Positions 1 to 10,353 of a stretch of DNA of 64,000 nucleotides are shown here, piece after piece; positions within the stretch are counted from its first letter, which is position 1, and each line of letters starts with the position of its first letter. The DNA lies in contig OY970325.1 in the NCBI GenBank assembly GCA_963717145.1, positions 4,832,001 through 4,896,000 of the forward strand, given 5' to 3'. Made by a program: the position numbers and the translations under genes. Source of the stretch: an uncultured Armatimonadetes bacterium (lineage in GTDB: Bacteria; Armatimonadota; UBA5829; DTJY01). The notes under the pieces are model-generated. The model searched no databases, was not told the origin of the DNA, and was given only the letters and a program-made list of their open reading frames with translations.

Positions 1-2
1 AC

Positions 3-302
3 CCGAACGTCACTCTCATGCGCACGAATGTCGATGAGAGCAGGCGGCTGGGCGAGATCATGGCGGAGAAGCTGAACATGAGCAAGGGGCCGGTCACCGT
101 CCTGATCCCGCTCAAAGGTGTCAGCATGATCGACGCGCCCGACGGGCCCTTCTGGTGGCCGGAAGCGGATCAGGCGTTCAATGATGCGCTCAAGAAAAAC
201 TTGAGGCCCGACATCGCGGTGATCGAGATGGACAACAACATCAACGACCCGGAGTTCGCCGCGAAGTGCGCAGAAACTCTTCTCACAAGTATGAAAGGTT
301 AG
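3..302 (+). CDS. Tm-1-like ATP-binding (UPF0261) protein, C-terminal part (5' truncated by window edge)
   Basis: PNVTLMRT...P.KGVS.ID...GPF..PEAD...NINDPEFA matches the UPF0261 C-terminus; frame is open to the window start. Confidence 0.8.
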   Translation, partial: PNVTLMRTNVDESRRLGEIMAEKLNMSKGPVTVLIPLKGVSMIDAPDGPFWWPEADQAFNDALKKNLRPDIAVIEMDNNINDPEFAAKCAETLLTSMKG

Positions 303-308
303 GCTCAG

Positions 309-1442
309 GTGTCAACTCACGCGGTTTTCGCTCTGTTAGCTCTCGCGCTGCTGCTCGGGAGTACGTGCTGTGCCAAACCGGATTCGCCGAAGCAGACGGT
401 GGTCTGGCATGAGGGAGAAGGCGGCTACCATACCTACCGCATACCGGCGCTGATCGTGACGAAGGCGGGCACGCTCCTCGCGTTCTGCGAAGGACGGAGG
501 AACAGCCGCTCGGATACGGGAGAGATCAATACGCTCCTGCGGCGCAGTCTCGATGGCGGCACGACTTGGGTGCCCGTGCAGTTGGTCGCTGCGGATGGGG
601 CGAACACGTTCGGCAACCCATGCCCGGTGGTCGATCAATCGGACGGAACGATCTGGCTGCCTCTGACGAAGAACATCGGCGAGGATCACGAGAGCGAGAT
701 CAAGATGGGGACCGGCAAGGGCACGCGCACCGTCTGGATCTGCAAGAGCACCGACGATGGCGAGACGTGGAGCACACCGGTCGAGATCACCTCATCGACC
801 AAGAAGCCGAACTGGGCCTGGTATGCGACCGGGCCGGGCGTCGGCATTCAACTCAAGAGCGGGCGGCTCGTGATCCCGTGCGACTACGCGCTCCTCGGGA
901 CGCGGGATTACGGCTCGCACGTGATCTACAGCGACGACAAGGGTCAGACGTGGAAGATCGGCGGCGATGTGTTCCCCAAGGTCAACGAGTCGCAGGTCGT
1001 CGAACTCGAGGACGGATCGCTGATGCTCAACATGCGAAGTTATCTGGGCCAATACTGTCGCACGGTGGCCGTCAGCAAGGACGGCGGGCTGACCTTCTCC
1101 GAGGGCAAGCCGGACCAGACGCTGGTGGAGCCGGTCTGCCAGGCGAGCTTCATCAGATACACGGAGAAGGCGGCACACGGGAAGAACCGGCTCTTGTTCG
1201 CCAACCCCGCGAGTCTCAGGCGAAACATGATGACGGTCAGGATGAGCTACGACGAGGGGAAGACTTGGCCGATCATGAAGCTTCTCGATCACCGCTGGGC
1301 GGCATACTCGTGCCTCACGGTGCTGCCGGACATGGAGATCGGGCTGCTCTATGAGTGCGGGGATGCTCACTCGAACCAGACGATCACATTCGCGCGCTTC
1401 GGGCTTGGGTGGCTGACGGACGGGAAAGACAGCATCAAGTGA
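309..1442 (+). CDS. Exo-alpha-sialidase (GH33), secreted
   Basis: Signal peptide, YRIP motif, Asp-boxes (SLDGGTTW, STDDGETW, SDDKGQTW, SYDEGKTW), AYS..LYE catalytic region. Confidence 0.9.
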   Translation: MSTHAVFALLALALLLGSTCCAKPDSPKQTVVWHEGEGGYHTYRIPALIVTKAGTLLAFCEGRRNSRSDTGEINTLLRRSLDGGTTWVPVQLVAADGANTFGNPCPVVDQSDGTIWLPLTKNIGEDHESEIKMGTGKGTRTVWICKSTDDGETWSTPVEITSSTKKPNWAWYATGPGVGIQLKSGRLVIPCDYALLGTRDYGSHVIYSDDKGQTWKIGGDVFPKVNESQVVELEDGSLMLNMRSYLGQYCRTVAVSKDGGLTFSEGKPDQTLVEPVCQASFIRYTEKAAHGKNRLLFANPASLRRNMMTVRMSYDEGKTWPIMKLLDHRWAAYSCLTVLPDMEIGLLYECGDAHSNQTITFARFGLGWLTDGKDSIK

Positions 1443-2680
1443 AGAACCCCCGCTTCCACTACGGCTGGATAGTGCTCGGCATGGGCACGTTGGTGGTGTT
1501 CGGGTCGCTGGGATTGGGGCGCTTCGCGTACACCGTCGTGCTTCCCTCTATGCAAGCGGGGCTGGGCATGGACAATACGCAGGCGGGTGCGCTTGCCACC
1601 GCCAATCTGGTGGGCTACCTCGCGTCCTGCGTCATCGGCGGCGCGCTCGCCTCTCGGTTTGGTCCCCGCGTCGTCATCGCAAGCGGGCTCGCGCTGGCAG
1701 CCATCTCCATGGTGATGACGGGCTTCGCCGGGAGTTTCGTTTCCGCTCTGGTCTGGCGCTCTCTCACCGGCATCGGCAGCGGCGCCAGCAACGTACCGAC
1801 ACTGGGTCTGATGTGCTCGTGGTTCGCGCCACGCCGGCGGGGCCTCGCAGCGGGCGCGGCCGTGGCCGGATCGTCCATCGGGCTGATCGTCACCGGCCCG
1901 CTCGTTCCCCGCATCCTGACCGCGTACGGCGGCGACGGATGGCGCACGTGTTGGTTCATCTTCGGTGGAGTGACCTTGGTGCTGGCGGTGGGCGCCGCTG
2001 TGCTGTTGCGCAACCATCCCTCTGACGTTGGCCGAAAACCGGTTGGCGCCGGTCCCGACGAGCCGGTCACCTCCGGCCCGAGTGGAGCGCTGCGACTGGT
2101 CAACGTCTACAACAGGCCGATCGTCTGGCTTCTGGGCCTGGTCTACGTTGCCTTCGGTTTCTCATACATCATCTATATGACCTTCTTCACCAAGTGTCTG
2201 ATTGCCGACGGTGGGTACACGCAGTCCCAGGCTGGGCGGCTGTTTATGATCATGGGCTGGTTCAGCCTGTTCTGCGGGATTATCTGGGGCTCCGTATCGG
2301 ATATCATTGGCCGCAAGAGAGCTTTGGCCCTCGTCTACCTTGTCCACGCCGTCGCCTTCAGCCTGTTTCCCTTGTGGCCGGCGCCCACGGGCTTCTTCCT
2401 CTCAGCGGCTCTGTTCGGTCTTTCGGCATGGAGTATTCCTGGGATCATGGCGGCGACATGCGGTGACCTGCTCGGGCCGAGGCTCGCGCCGGCCGCCCTG
2501 GGGTTCATAACGCTCTTCTTCGGCATCGGCCAGGCTGCCGGACCGTTCGTGGCCGGGGCGATGGCCGACGCCGCCAAGTCGTTCTGGCCTGCGCTCTGGT
2601 TGTGCGCCGGTGTGGCCCTCGTGGGGGCCGTGGGCGCACTCCTCCTCCCATTGAAGCGCGACACCTGTCTGCCTCAATGA
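1439..2680 (+). CDS. MFS transporter (YbfB/YjiJ-like)
   Basis: About 12 hydrophobic segments, GLGRFAY, G.LASRFGPR and SDIIGRK MFS motifs; GTG start overlaps the sialidase stop. Confidence 0.85.
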   Translation: MKNPRFHYGWIVLGMGTLVVFGSLGLGRFAYTVVLPSMQAGLGMDNTQAGALATANLVGYLASCVIGGALASRFGPRVVIASGLALAAISMVMTGFAGSFVSALVWRSLTGIGSGASNVPTLGLMCSWFAPRRRGLAAGAAVAGSSIGLIVTGPLVPRILTAYGGDGWRTCWFIFGGVTLVLAVGAAVLLRNHPSDVGRKPVGAGPDEPVTSGPSGALRLVNVYNRPIVWLLGLVYVAFGFSYIIYMTFFTKCLIADGGYTQSQAGRLFMIMGWFSLFCGIIWGSVSDIIGRKRALALVYLVHAVAFSLFPLWPAPTGFFLSAALFGLSAWSIPGIMAATCGDLLGPRLAPAALGFITLFFGIGQAAGPFVAGAMADAAKSFWPALWLCAGVALVGAVGALLLPLKRDTCLPQ

Positions 2681-2692
2681 GTTGAATACGGA

Positions 2693-3226
2693 CTACGGCT
2701 TGAGCCCGAAATGCTCGACGATCCTCTGCGCGGCATCGGACGGTGACAGTTCCGACGTGTCGAGGCTGAGCGACTCGCGGCCGGGGATCTCGGAAAAGAG
2801 ATCGGAGAACCCCATGAGCCGCCGAAGCTTCTCCACCGACTTCAGCTTGTTGAAGCGTTGCCGATCCTCCAAGACGACCCTCTCCTCGATCACGGATACC
2901 GGTGCATGGAGCCGCACGAAGTATACTTCCCCGCCGGCCTCCTTCACAATTCCCTCGATGTCGTCGATGTATGGCTCATCAACCAGCGGAACGAAGACAA
3001 ATGTGAAGATCAGGTCGAGATCGTGCTCGGCGGCGGTCTCGAACACGAGCATTCGCGTTCCGTTGACAATCTTCGAGTAGCCGGGCGTGGCGAAGGGAAA
3101 GAACTCTTCGCCGAAGTCGCACGTCATGTGATTGTGGAAGAGCTTGATGCCGGTGAGCTTCGAAAGCTCCTCCCCCACGGTCAGCTTCCCAACCGCCGGC
3201 GGCCCGTAGATGATGATGAGTTTCAT
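2693..3226 (-). CDS. P-loop kinase / AAA_33-like (shikimate/gluconate kinase fold)
   Basis: N-terminal GPPAVGKLT Walker A; LFHNH motif. Confidence 0.75.
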   Translation of the reverse strand: MKLIIIYGPPAVGKLTVGEELSKLTGIKLFHNHMTCDFGEEFFPFATPGYSKIVNGTRMLVFETAAEHDLDLIFTFVFVPLVDEPYIDDIEGIVKEAGGEVYFVRLHAPVSVIEERVVLEDRQRFNKLKSVEKLRRLMGFSDLFSEIPGRESLSLDTSELSPSDAAQRIVEHFGLKP

Positions 3227-3242
3227 GGGAAGTTCTCAGTCC

Positions 3243-3734
3243 TCAGTTGTCAGTTATCAGTCGTTCCATGTACACGTCGGTCAGTATATCAAATCGGTCG
3301 CTTTGTGCCCAGTCGGCGGTCTCCTCGTGGATGACGGTGAATCCCATGCGCTCAAAGATCGGGACGTTGCCGGTCTCTCTGATGGTGTAGAGCGAGAGAT
3401 GCGTCAGCCCCAGGTCGCGGGCGGTCCCGGCGAGCGACTCAAGTATCGCTCGGGCGACTCCCCGACGCCGGTGGTCGGGATGGACCATCAGGCCGATGAA
3501 ATGGAGCCGGCTTCCTTTGACGCCGTATTGCACCGTGCCGACGATCCGCCCCTTGATCTCCGCCACCAGACGAGTGAGCGCGGGCCGAGGGCTCCCGTCG
3601 CTCGGAGGACTCGCGACGAGTCGGTACGTCTCTCGCAGTGTCTCGGTCGCGAGTGCGGCGACTTCCTGCGCAGCCTCGATGTCCTCAGGGGTTGCGTGTC
3701 GGACTCGGATGGCAGTACTCAGGTCCATCGGCAA
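3243..3734 (-). CDS. GNAT family N-acetyltransferase
   Basis: VHPDHRRRGVA acetyl-CoA motif A; N...FERMGF motif B. Confidence 0.85.
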   Translation of the reverse strand: MPMDLSTAIRVRHATPEDIEAAQEVAALATETLRETYRLVASPPSDGSPRPALTRLVAEIKGRIVGTVQYGVKGSRLHFIGLMVHPDHRRRGVARAILESLAGTARDLGLTHLSLYTIRETGNVPIFERMGFTVIHEETADWAQSDRFDILTDVYMERLITDN

Positions 3735-3977
3735 TCAACCGAACAGTTGTGCAGCGACCTCGTCTCGCGATAGGCCGAGATGATCGGCGACGTCGCCCAA
3801 GATCGACGCCAGTGTGCCGACGCGCAGGGGACTGTGTTGAGGTATGGTAACGTAATGCTCGCCCTTCCTGGCGGTGACGAGGCGCGCATGGCTTCCGGTC
3901 TGGCGGATAATTGAATAGCCGAAGACGGAAAGCGCTTGGGCGAGTTCCTTCCCGGACACGTCTCGAGGCAGCCTCAT
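3735..3977 (-). CDS. hicA: HicA family toxin (mRNA interferase)
   Basis: 80 aa; GY..IRQTGSH, TIP.H..L..GTL.SIL. Confidence 0.85.
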   Translation of the reverse strand: MRLPRDVSGKELAQALSVFGYSIIRQTGSHARLVTARKGEHYVTIPQHSPLRVGTLASILGDVADHLGLSRDEVAAQLFG

Positions 3978-4180
3978 GCTGCGATCACTTCCTCCTGCAC
4001 GAAATGCAGGCGAATCACTCTCGGGCGCTTTCCTTCGTCGAAGTGGCAGCGAACGGCATCCCTCACCTGCTCATGAAGCCCCTGCATATCGTCCGCTTCG
4101 GTGAAGATCGACTCTCCGAGCGCACGGGCGGTGAATCCGCCTTCCGGCGCTTGCTCAACCACAAAGATAATCTCTTCCAT
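3974..4180 (-). CDS. Short HicB-like antitoxin
   Basis: 68 aa MEEIIFVVEQAPEGGFTARALGESIFTEAD; ATGA overlap with hicA; GGAGG upstream. Confidence 0.7.
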   Translation of the reverse strand: MEEIIFVVEQAPEGGFTARALGESIFTEADDMQGLHEQVRDAVRCHFDEGKRPRVIRLHFVQEEVIAA

Positions 4181-4265
4181 ATCCCGCCTCCGCTGACATT
4201 CCCTCTCAAGTGCATAGTACGCCGAAAAGAGGGCAATCCCTCCATTCCAACACTCCAGGACTCCA

Positions 4266-5168
4266 TCACTCCATCTTTCCGCCGAACGTGAGCGTCGTCT
4301 CGCCTTCCCACTTCTCGTCGGGGAAGAGGGTGGGGCGTGTCTCGATCGTGCCGGTCTCGATGCAGACCATCCGCTGGTACTCATCATCGCCGAAGTCCGC
4401 CATGCGCTGGGACTTCTCGATCCAGGGATTCCAGACCACCACTTCGGGCATGTCAGTCTTCTCGATGGCGATCGTCCGGCCGTTGCCCTCATCCCTTAGG
4501 CGGAGGGCATCGGGCGTGTCGACGTAGATGCGATCAGTCTCCCCCGCGAACCGGATGGCTTCCCGCGTCTCGACCCATCTCTCCCAGTCCTTCAGGGCGT
4601 CGATGAGCGTGGCTCCATTAAGACCGCCGATTGCGACCTTGCCGATGTCCGCGACCGCGAAGTATGTGTGGAGCGCCGCCTGGAAATCGAACGGCAAGTC
4701 ACCGGTATTGACCGCCTTCATGCCGACGGTGAGCGCATTCTCATCGAGAAAGACTCTCAGGCCGAGTACGAAGTCGTGCGGCCAGAGCGCGAACGATTCG
4801 GCGGACTGGGTGATCTCGAACTCCACGGCCACGATTCCGCTGACGAAGACCTCTGTGCGGATGAGATTCCAGGCGGTGGTTCGAACCAGACCGTGCTGGG
4901 GGAGCGGACCGCGTCCCCCGAACTGCGGGAAGATGACCGGGATGCCTCCCCGGATCGGCTTGTGCGCCGCCCACTGGGACTCGCGGCTGAGGAAGAACAA
5001 CTCCTCGCCGGCGGGGTTCTTCCATGAGGTGACGTGCGCGCCGTGGAGGTAGACCTCCGCGCTCGACCCGGATGCGTGGGTCAGCACGACCTTCGGCAGG
5101 TCGCCATTCCCGGCGGCAATGGTGACGGCATTCGGGATCTGAAACTCGTTGTTCAGCATATCGATCAT
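4266..5168 (-). CDS. D-hexose-6-phosphate mutarotase (glucose-6-phosphate 1-epimerase, YeaD-like)
   Basis: GAHVTSW, IRGGIPVIFPQFG, QHG, ALHTYF, VVWNPW, MVCIE. Confidence 0.9.
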   Translation of the reverse strand: MIDMLNNEFQIPNAVTIAAGNGDLPKVVLTHASGSSAEVYLHGAHVTSWKNPAGEELFFLSRESQWAAHKPIRGGIPVIFPQFGGRGPLPQHGLVRTTAWNLIRTEVFVSGIVAVEFEITQSAESFALWPHDFVLGLRVFLDENALTVGMKAVNTGDLPFDFQAALHTYFAVADIGKVAIGGLNGATLIDALKDWERWVETREAIRFAGETDRIYVDTPDALRLRDEGNGRTIAIEKTDMPEVVVWNPWIEKSQRMADFGDDEYQRMVCIETGTIETRPTLFPDEKWEGETTLTFGGKME

Positions 5169-5279
5169 GGCTTGAATCCTCTCAAGAAGCAGTGTGAACG
5201 CCTGTTCCAGTATGTTCTTTACCCACAGCGGAATCCCTCTCACCGCAGGACACGCGAACATGCACGGCGAACGGTAGAT

Positions 5280-5362
5280 CGACTACGGCTGTAGGGGCGT
5301 GCCTTGTGCCGCCCGGCACGCGGAGACGGGCGGCACAAGGCACGCCCCTACAGCCGTAGTCG
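5280..5362. repeat. REPIN-like inverted repeat, GTAGGGGCGTGCCTTGTGCCGCCC family (copy 1)
   Basis: ~36-bp perfect arms around an 11-nt loop; same family at 55075-55136. Confidence 0.85.
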
Positions 5363-5379
5363 AATGCACGGTAACCAAT

Positions 5380-6979
5380 ATGACGCCGACGAGACGCGAG
5401 TTCATGAAATCGATGGTGGGCCTCACGGGGGCGCTTGCACTGGGGGAGACGACATTGTCAGCAGAGCCAATGACGAAGAAGCCGAACGTCCTGTTCATCA
5501 TGTGCGATCAACTGCGAGCCGACGCAATCGCCGCGCTCGGGAATCCGCACATCTACACGCCGAACTTCGACCGCCTGGTCAAGCGAGGGATCACGTTCAC
5601 TCAGGCGTACTCCACCTGTCCGGTGTGCGTCCCGGCGAGGTATACGATCCGCACGGGATGCGAGCCGCCTACCACCGCCACCTATGACAACGGCGCGGAG
5701 AACCTCGTGCCCGGGCAGCCGGCGGAGATGGAGGCGCGCTGCGGGAAGTATCTCGCTCGCACGATGAAGGAGTTGGGATATCGGACGTTCCACGTGGGCA
5801 AGTCGCATACGCATCCGAGGTACGAGGACATCGGCTTCGACGTGCATCTGCGGAGTGAGGAGCTGTACAGCTCGCCTGAGGTGCGCGCGCAGGACGCCTA
5901 TGCCGCGTTCATCGAGAAGGAGCACCCGGAATACGCGTGGGTCGAGGCGTTGATGGGCGAGCGCACGGAGATGTACTATCAGCCGCAGATGAGCCCGCTC
6001 CCGGCGGAACTCGGCGTCGAGGCGTGGGCGGCTGATCGGGCGGTCGAGCAGATTCAGGCGGGCGGAGATAAGCCGTACTTCGGGTTCGTGTCATTTGTCG
6101 GACCGCATCCTCCGTTCGCCCCGCCACAGCCGTTCAACCGCATGTACAATCCCGACCGCATGCCGAATCCGATCAGGGGCGACATCGCGATCGATCACAT
6201 GGACGAGCAGATTCCATGGATGAACTACGTCATCTGGGCTGAGGACATCAACGATACTCAGGCGCGGACGCTCAAGGCGCGGTACTACGGCGAGATCACG
6301 TACATCGACCAGTGCGTCGGGCGGATTCTCGACGCGGTCGAGGCGAGCCCTCACGCCGACAACACGCTCATCTGCTTCTTCTCCGACCATGGCGATCACA
6401 TCGGCGATCACAACGCCTTGCAGAAGGAGACGTTCTTCGAGGCGTTCGGCGAACGTGCCGTTCCTGGTCAGTTGGCCGAACCGCCTGCCGAAGGGATCGA
6501 AGCGCGAGGAACTCGTCTGCCTGACCGACCTCTTCGGGATCGCCACTCATGCCGCCGGACGCACGGAGGTCCGCGAGGGAGTCGATGTCCTGGGGATCGT
6601 GGAGGGGAAGTCGGAGCCGAGGGAGCACGTGATCGGCTATCACTGCCATCCGGAGACGCCCTGGTTCAGGATCATGGTGCGGGACAAGGAGTGGAAGTAC
6701 ATCTATATGACGAACGGCGGGCGCGAGCAGCTCTTCAATGTCAGGGAAGACCCGAACGAGCTTCATCAGCGCCTGACGGATCGGCCCGAGGTGGCGACCC
6801 GGCTCCGACAGGTCGCGGTCGAGGCGCTCTCGAAGCCGAACGCGGACCGCGCGCTCGATGGCCGTTCACTCCGAAGTGTCGACTACCGCAAGAGGCCCGC
6901 GACGAGGATCTACCAGTTCGACCGCTCGCACGGAGTCACCGGCTTCCCCGAGCATCCAGGCGATCTGCTGCACGACTAG
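5380..6979 (+). CDS. Tat-exported sulfatase, with +1 frameshift at ~6445
   Basis: TRREFMK twin-arginine signal, PNVLFIMCDQ, CVPAR (CxPxR), SDHGDH. Removing one T at 6445-6446 gives ...FFEASANVPFLVSWP and continues into ORF 6389..6979 (WKYIY, EQLFN..EDP.E). Confidence 0.85.
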
Positions 6980-7668
6980 GATCCCGCCTCTTCGCTGTCC
7001 CAGTTGCGCGCGCCTTTGACCGACTTGTAGAGGGAGAGAACCTTCACCGCCAGCTCCTTGTGTCGCTTGAGGACGCCCTCCTGCTTAGAGGCCACGTGGC
7101 GCACGTCCTCGGCAAGCTGGTTCAGGAGGTCGGTGTACTTGCGCACATCTTCGGGATGATTGTGGAGGAGCATCTTGATCTCCTCGGCGGCATTCGAGGC
7201 CATCTTCACGGACGGACCCTGCGGGACCTGCGCGCAGACGGCGATGACGTCGACCAGGAACTGCCGATACTCCTCCTCACGCTTATTCATCCGGGAGACC
7301 ATGTAGAGCGCGTGGTCGAGAAGCTGGTCGAAGGCATGGGGATCGGCCTCGATCGACTCGGGACTGTCCTTGAGCGTGCCCTTGATGAAGTCGATGCAGC
7401 CGCACACGTCGCGGAACTTCGTGACACCTTCCTCGGCGGCCTCATCGGAGGAGACGAGTTGCAAACCCCGATAGGTCTCCTCGTAGCGCGCCTTGGGAAG
7501 CTCGATCGCGCCGCCGTCCTCGAACATGATCAAAGGCGGCTCATTGTGGCCGCGCTTCTCGATGTGCGCGTCGCCTCTTTCGACCGTCTCGATGACCTTC
7601 TCGACGTGCGGCGACGGCGGAAGCCACCGCTTGTTCACATCCAGGATCTCTTCAGGCGTCTTGCTCAT
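6976..7668 (-). CDS. Hypothetical protein (acidic, helical C-terminus)
   Basis: 230-aa ORF with host-like codon usage and GAGG RBS; no recognisable motif. Confidence 0.65.
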   Translation of the reverse strand: MSKTPEEILDVNKRWLPPSPHVEKVIETVERGDAHIEKRGHNEPPLIMFEDGGAIELPKARYEETYRGLQLVSSDEAAEEGVTKFRDVCGCIDFIKGTLKDSPESIEADPHAFDQLLDHALYMVSRMNKREEEYRQFLVDVIAVCAQVPQGPSVKMASNAAEEIKMLLHNHPEDVRKYTDLLNQLAEDVRHVASKQEGVLKRHKELAVKVLSLYKSVKGARNWDSEEAGS

Positions 7669-7702
7669 GATTCCTCACTCCCCACTCTACACTCAACACT
7701 CG

Positions 7703-8999
7703 TCACTTGTACGTCTCCCAGCCCCAGGGCGGGTCGGCACTCAGATCGATCCCGAAGCCCTCGAACTCCTTACCCATGTCGCGGCCGAACATCGCCGAGA
7801 AGATGCCTGCGTAGGTCCTCATCCGCTCGGTCTTCGATGCGCGATGGAGCGGGTAGTCCATCTGCCTGACCGTCGCGAAGAAGTCGGGCCACATACGGTC
7901 GCCGTATTCAGTCCGAAGCTTCAGGAACACATCGTTCAGTATCCGAGTGAACAAGACACCCCACGGGTACTTTTCGGGATCGGGGTTCTTTCGACCTGCC
8001 GCCAGGTACGCCTTATGGGTTTCGTCCCACTGCTTGTGCTCCGGCAGCCAGAATTTCATCAGCGATTTCTTTGGAGACGAGCGTGCGCACGATGTCCTCC
8101 TGGACCGCGACTCCGAGCGCTTCATAGGTGCCGTCGCACTTGTAGTATGACTTGAAGCCGTGCGACATCTCCTCCGTACAGCCGGCGAAGCCGCGGACGT
8201 TACCTGTGCCGTACTGCTTCCACCTGTCGAGCGCTTCCGTCGTGTACCCGATCGTACCCATGCCGCTGATGCCGCCCCATCCGCGCTTGTGACCCGGAGG
8301 GTAGAACTCGATGGAGAACCTGAAGAGCGGATCCATTCCGTAGATGTCGCGCATCTCCCCATAGGCCTTCTCAAGGAACGCTGACAGCGTCTTCGCCTCC
8401 GCCGCGTATGCCTCCGGAGCGAACACGCAGATGTGCGCCGACTCGACCATCGTTCCCTTTGCCCCGAGCGCCTTCTCGTATGCCGCAAGCGATCCGATCG
8501 ACTCGTAGCAGAGCGGCTGGTATTCCCCGGCATCGACAGGCGACAGACGGATGCCCGCCAGTTCGACGGAGCTGGAATACTCGGGAAGTGACTCGATCTC
8601 AAGGACGTGCTCCGATCCGGCGGCGAGCTTGACGGTGAAGTTATCGCGCTGCCAGAAGTAAGGGAGGCGCGTGCTGTCGAGGGTACGGCTCACGCCCGCC
8701 GGGATGCCGTCGATGCTGACCGCGAACTTGTCCGGGCCCTGGGAGCCGCCGGTCCAGACGACTGAGAGCTTCCGGCGGTCACCGCCGGCGTCGGTGAACT
8801 TGATGCAGATCGTCTTGACGCCGAGTTCGTTGAGGTACCTGGGGAACTTGAGGGCTTCGTCCCCGATCTGAACGGTCACCACCTCGTCTAGCACGGGCGG
8901 CCGCTCAGGTCTGGCGTCATCCCTGCGGATCTCCCAGGCCCCCTGGGCGACCGACGAACTGATGATGAGAAACAAACCCAGTACTGCACATGAGCGCAT
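7703..8999 (-). CDS. Secreted protein, beta-sandwich plus zincin-like domain; frameshift at ~8055
   Basis: AGGAGG RBS and signal peptide at 8999; EEMSH...YEA motif; removing one base at 8054-8056 joins ORF 8013..9044 to FWLPEHKQW... of ORF 7703..8602. Confidence 0.65.
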
Positions 9000-9069
9000 T
9001 GCGCTCCTCCTGTCATGGCATCGGACTCCATGCCTGTTTCTCATATGAGTCCGACACTCCTCGAGACCT

Positions 9070-10341
9070 TCAGGGCTTCACTGTGACCTCGCGGACGAGG
9101 ATAGCTTTTCTGTGGCCGCTCTCAGTCGAGTGCTTGAAGTGCGAGTAGACGATCAGGAAGCTGTCCGGGCCGGTTGTGAGCAGGCCGGTGTATCCGCAAG
9201 TGTCGGCGCTGACACTATCGGAGGTGATAGGAACGATATCAAACGGGTCAGTCCACTTCTGGCCCTTGCCGTCCGTGCAGAAGCGCAATTGAACGCCCGG
9301 GCGGCCTGCCGCGAGCACAAGGACTCCGTTCTTCAGGCGCAGGAGCCTCGGGAGCACTCCGTTGGGTGTGAACGCCTTCGGTGTGGACCAAGTCTTGCCG
9401 TCGTCCTTCGATCGGCTGGAGTACATCGGGCCGACGCTCGAGTCGGTTGTGCGCATGACGCAGAGGAGCGATCCGTCCGCGAGCACCTCGTATGCCGGCT
9501 CGGTGTATCCGCCTCGCTTGTCGCCAATCGGATCGGCCTTCAGGTCGGGCTGATAGGTGATGCGTCCCTGAATCTTCCAACTGCGGCCTGAGTCGGTCGA
9601 GCGGTAGAAGAACACCCCGCCCTTATCCTCTATCGTCCCATCGTCGCGCACGTAGCGGCCCGGGTAGATCCCCGCGATGACCGAACCATCGGATACAACG
9701 TGCATATCGCCCCACCAGACGATCGGGAAGACGTCGCGCAGGCTGTACCTCAAGGCCTGTGGATCGTCGAGCGCCGCGTGTTCGATGCGCGGCTCGGTCG
9801 ACCCCTTGGCAATCCGGCTGATTCGTATCGTACTGAGCTTGGGTGACAGGTCGCCGAGCCGATAGAGCCTCGTTCCCGGCTTGACCGGTTCGGGCAGCCG
9901 AAGGTTCTTGAGACCGTATGGCCTGGGGGTCGAGATTTCGATCCGATCGCCGTTCGGGAGCAGTAGGCCCGTGACGCCGAGCGGATCGGTGTGCGCCGTC
10001 CATGTCTTGCCGACATCGGATGAGACCATAGTCGGATTCGGCAAGCCATAGCTCTCCGCGGCATCGGTTGTCATGTTGTACTTGACGGCAATACTGCCAT
10101 CCGCCCAGCGCGCGATCGATGGGAACTGGAAGAAGCCCCACTTGTACTCCTGGTCGGCCACCGCGATGACAACAGGCGCGTCGATGTCGACATGCACCGA
10201 AGGCTTGCCTCTGCGGACGTAGTCGGCTGAGTAAGCGCCATAGGCCTCGATCTTCTTCTCGTCCATCGTCGTCTCCGATCCGGTTGCCGTCGATCCGGCG
10301 ATCATCAGAATTGCCAGCGGTATCAGGTAACGAACGTGCAT
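9070..10341 (-). CDS. BNR/Asp-box beta-propeller, sialidase-like (paralogue 3)
   Basis: Signal peptide; SSDVGKTW, STDSGRSW, SKDDGKTW; TCGYT. Confidence 0.8.
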   Translation of the reverse strand: MHVRYLIPLAILMIAGSTATGSETTMDEKKIEAYGAYSADYVRRGKPSVHVDIDAPVVIAVADQEYKWGFFQFPSIARWADGSIAVKYNMTTDAAESYGLPNPTMVSSDVGKTWTAHTDPLGVTGLLLPNGDRIEISTPRPYGLKNLRLPEPVKPGTRLYRLGDLSPKLSTIRISRIAKGSTEPRIEHAALDDPQALRYSLRDVFPIVWWGDMHVVSDGSVIAGIYPGRYVRDDGTIEDKGGVFFYRSTDSGRSWKIQGRITYQPDLKADPIGDKRGGYTEPAYEVLADGSLLCVMRTTDSSVGPMYSSRSKDDGKTWSTPKAFTPNGVLPRLLRLKNGVLVLAAGRPGVQLRFCTDGKGQKWTDPFDIVPITSDSVSADTCGYTGLLTTGPDSFLIVYSHFKHSTESGHRKAILVREVTVKP

Positions 10342-10353
10342 CAGGTTCCTCCG

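Noticed and set aside
5299-7869. 856-aa ORF as one protein
   Set aside because: After ~6446 it runs out of frame and then antisense to the 6976-7668 gene; the real sulfatase ends at 6979
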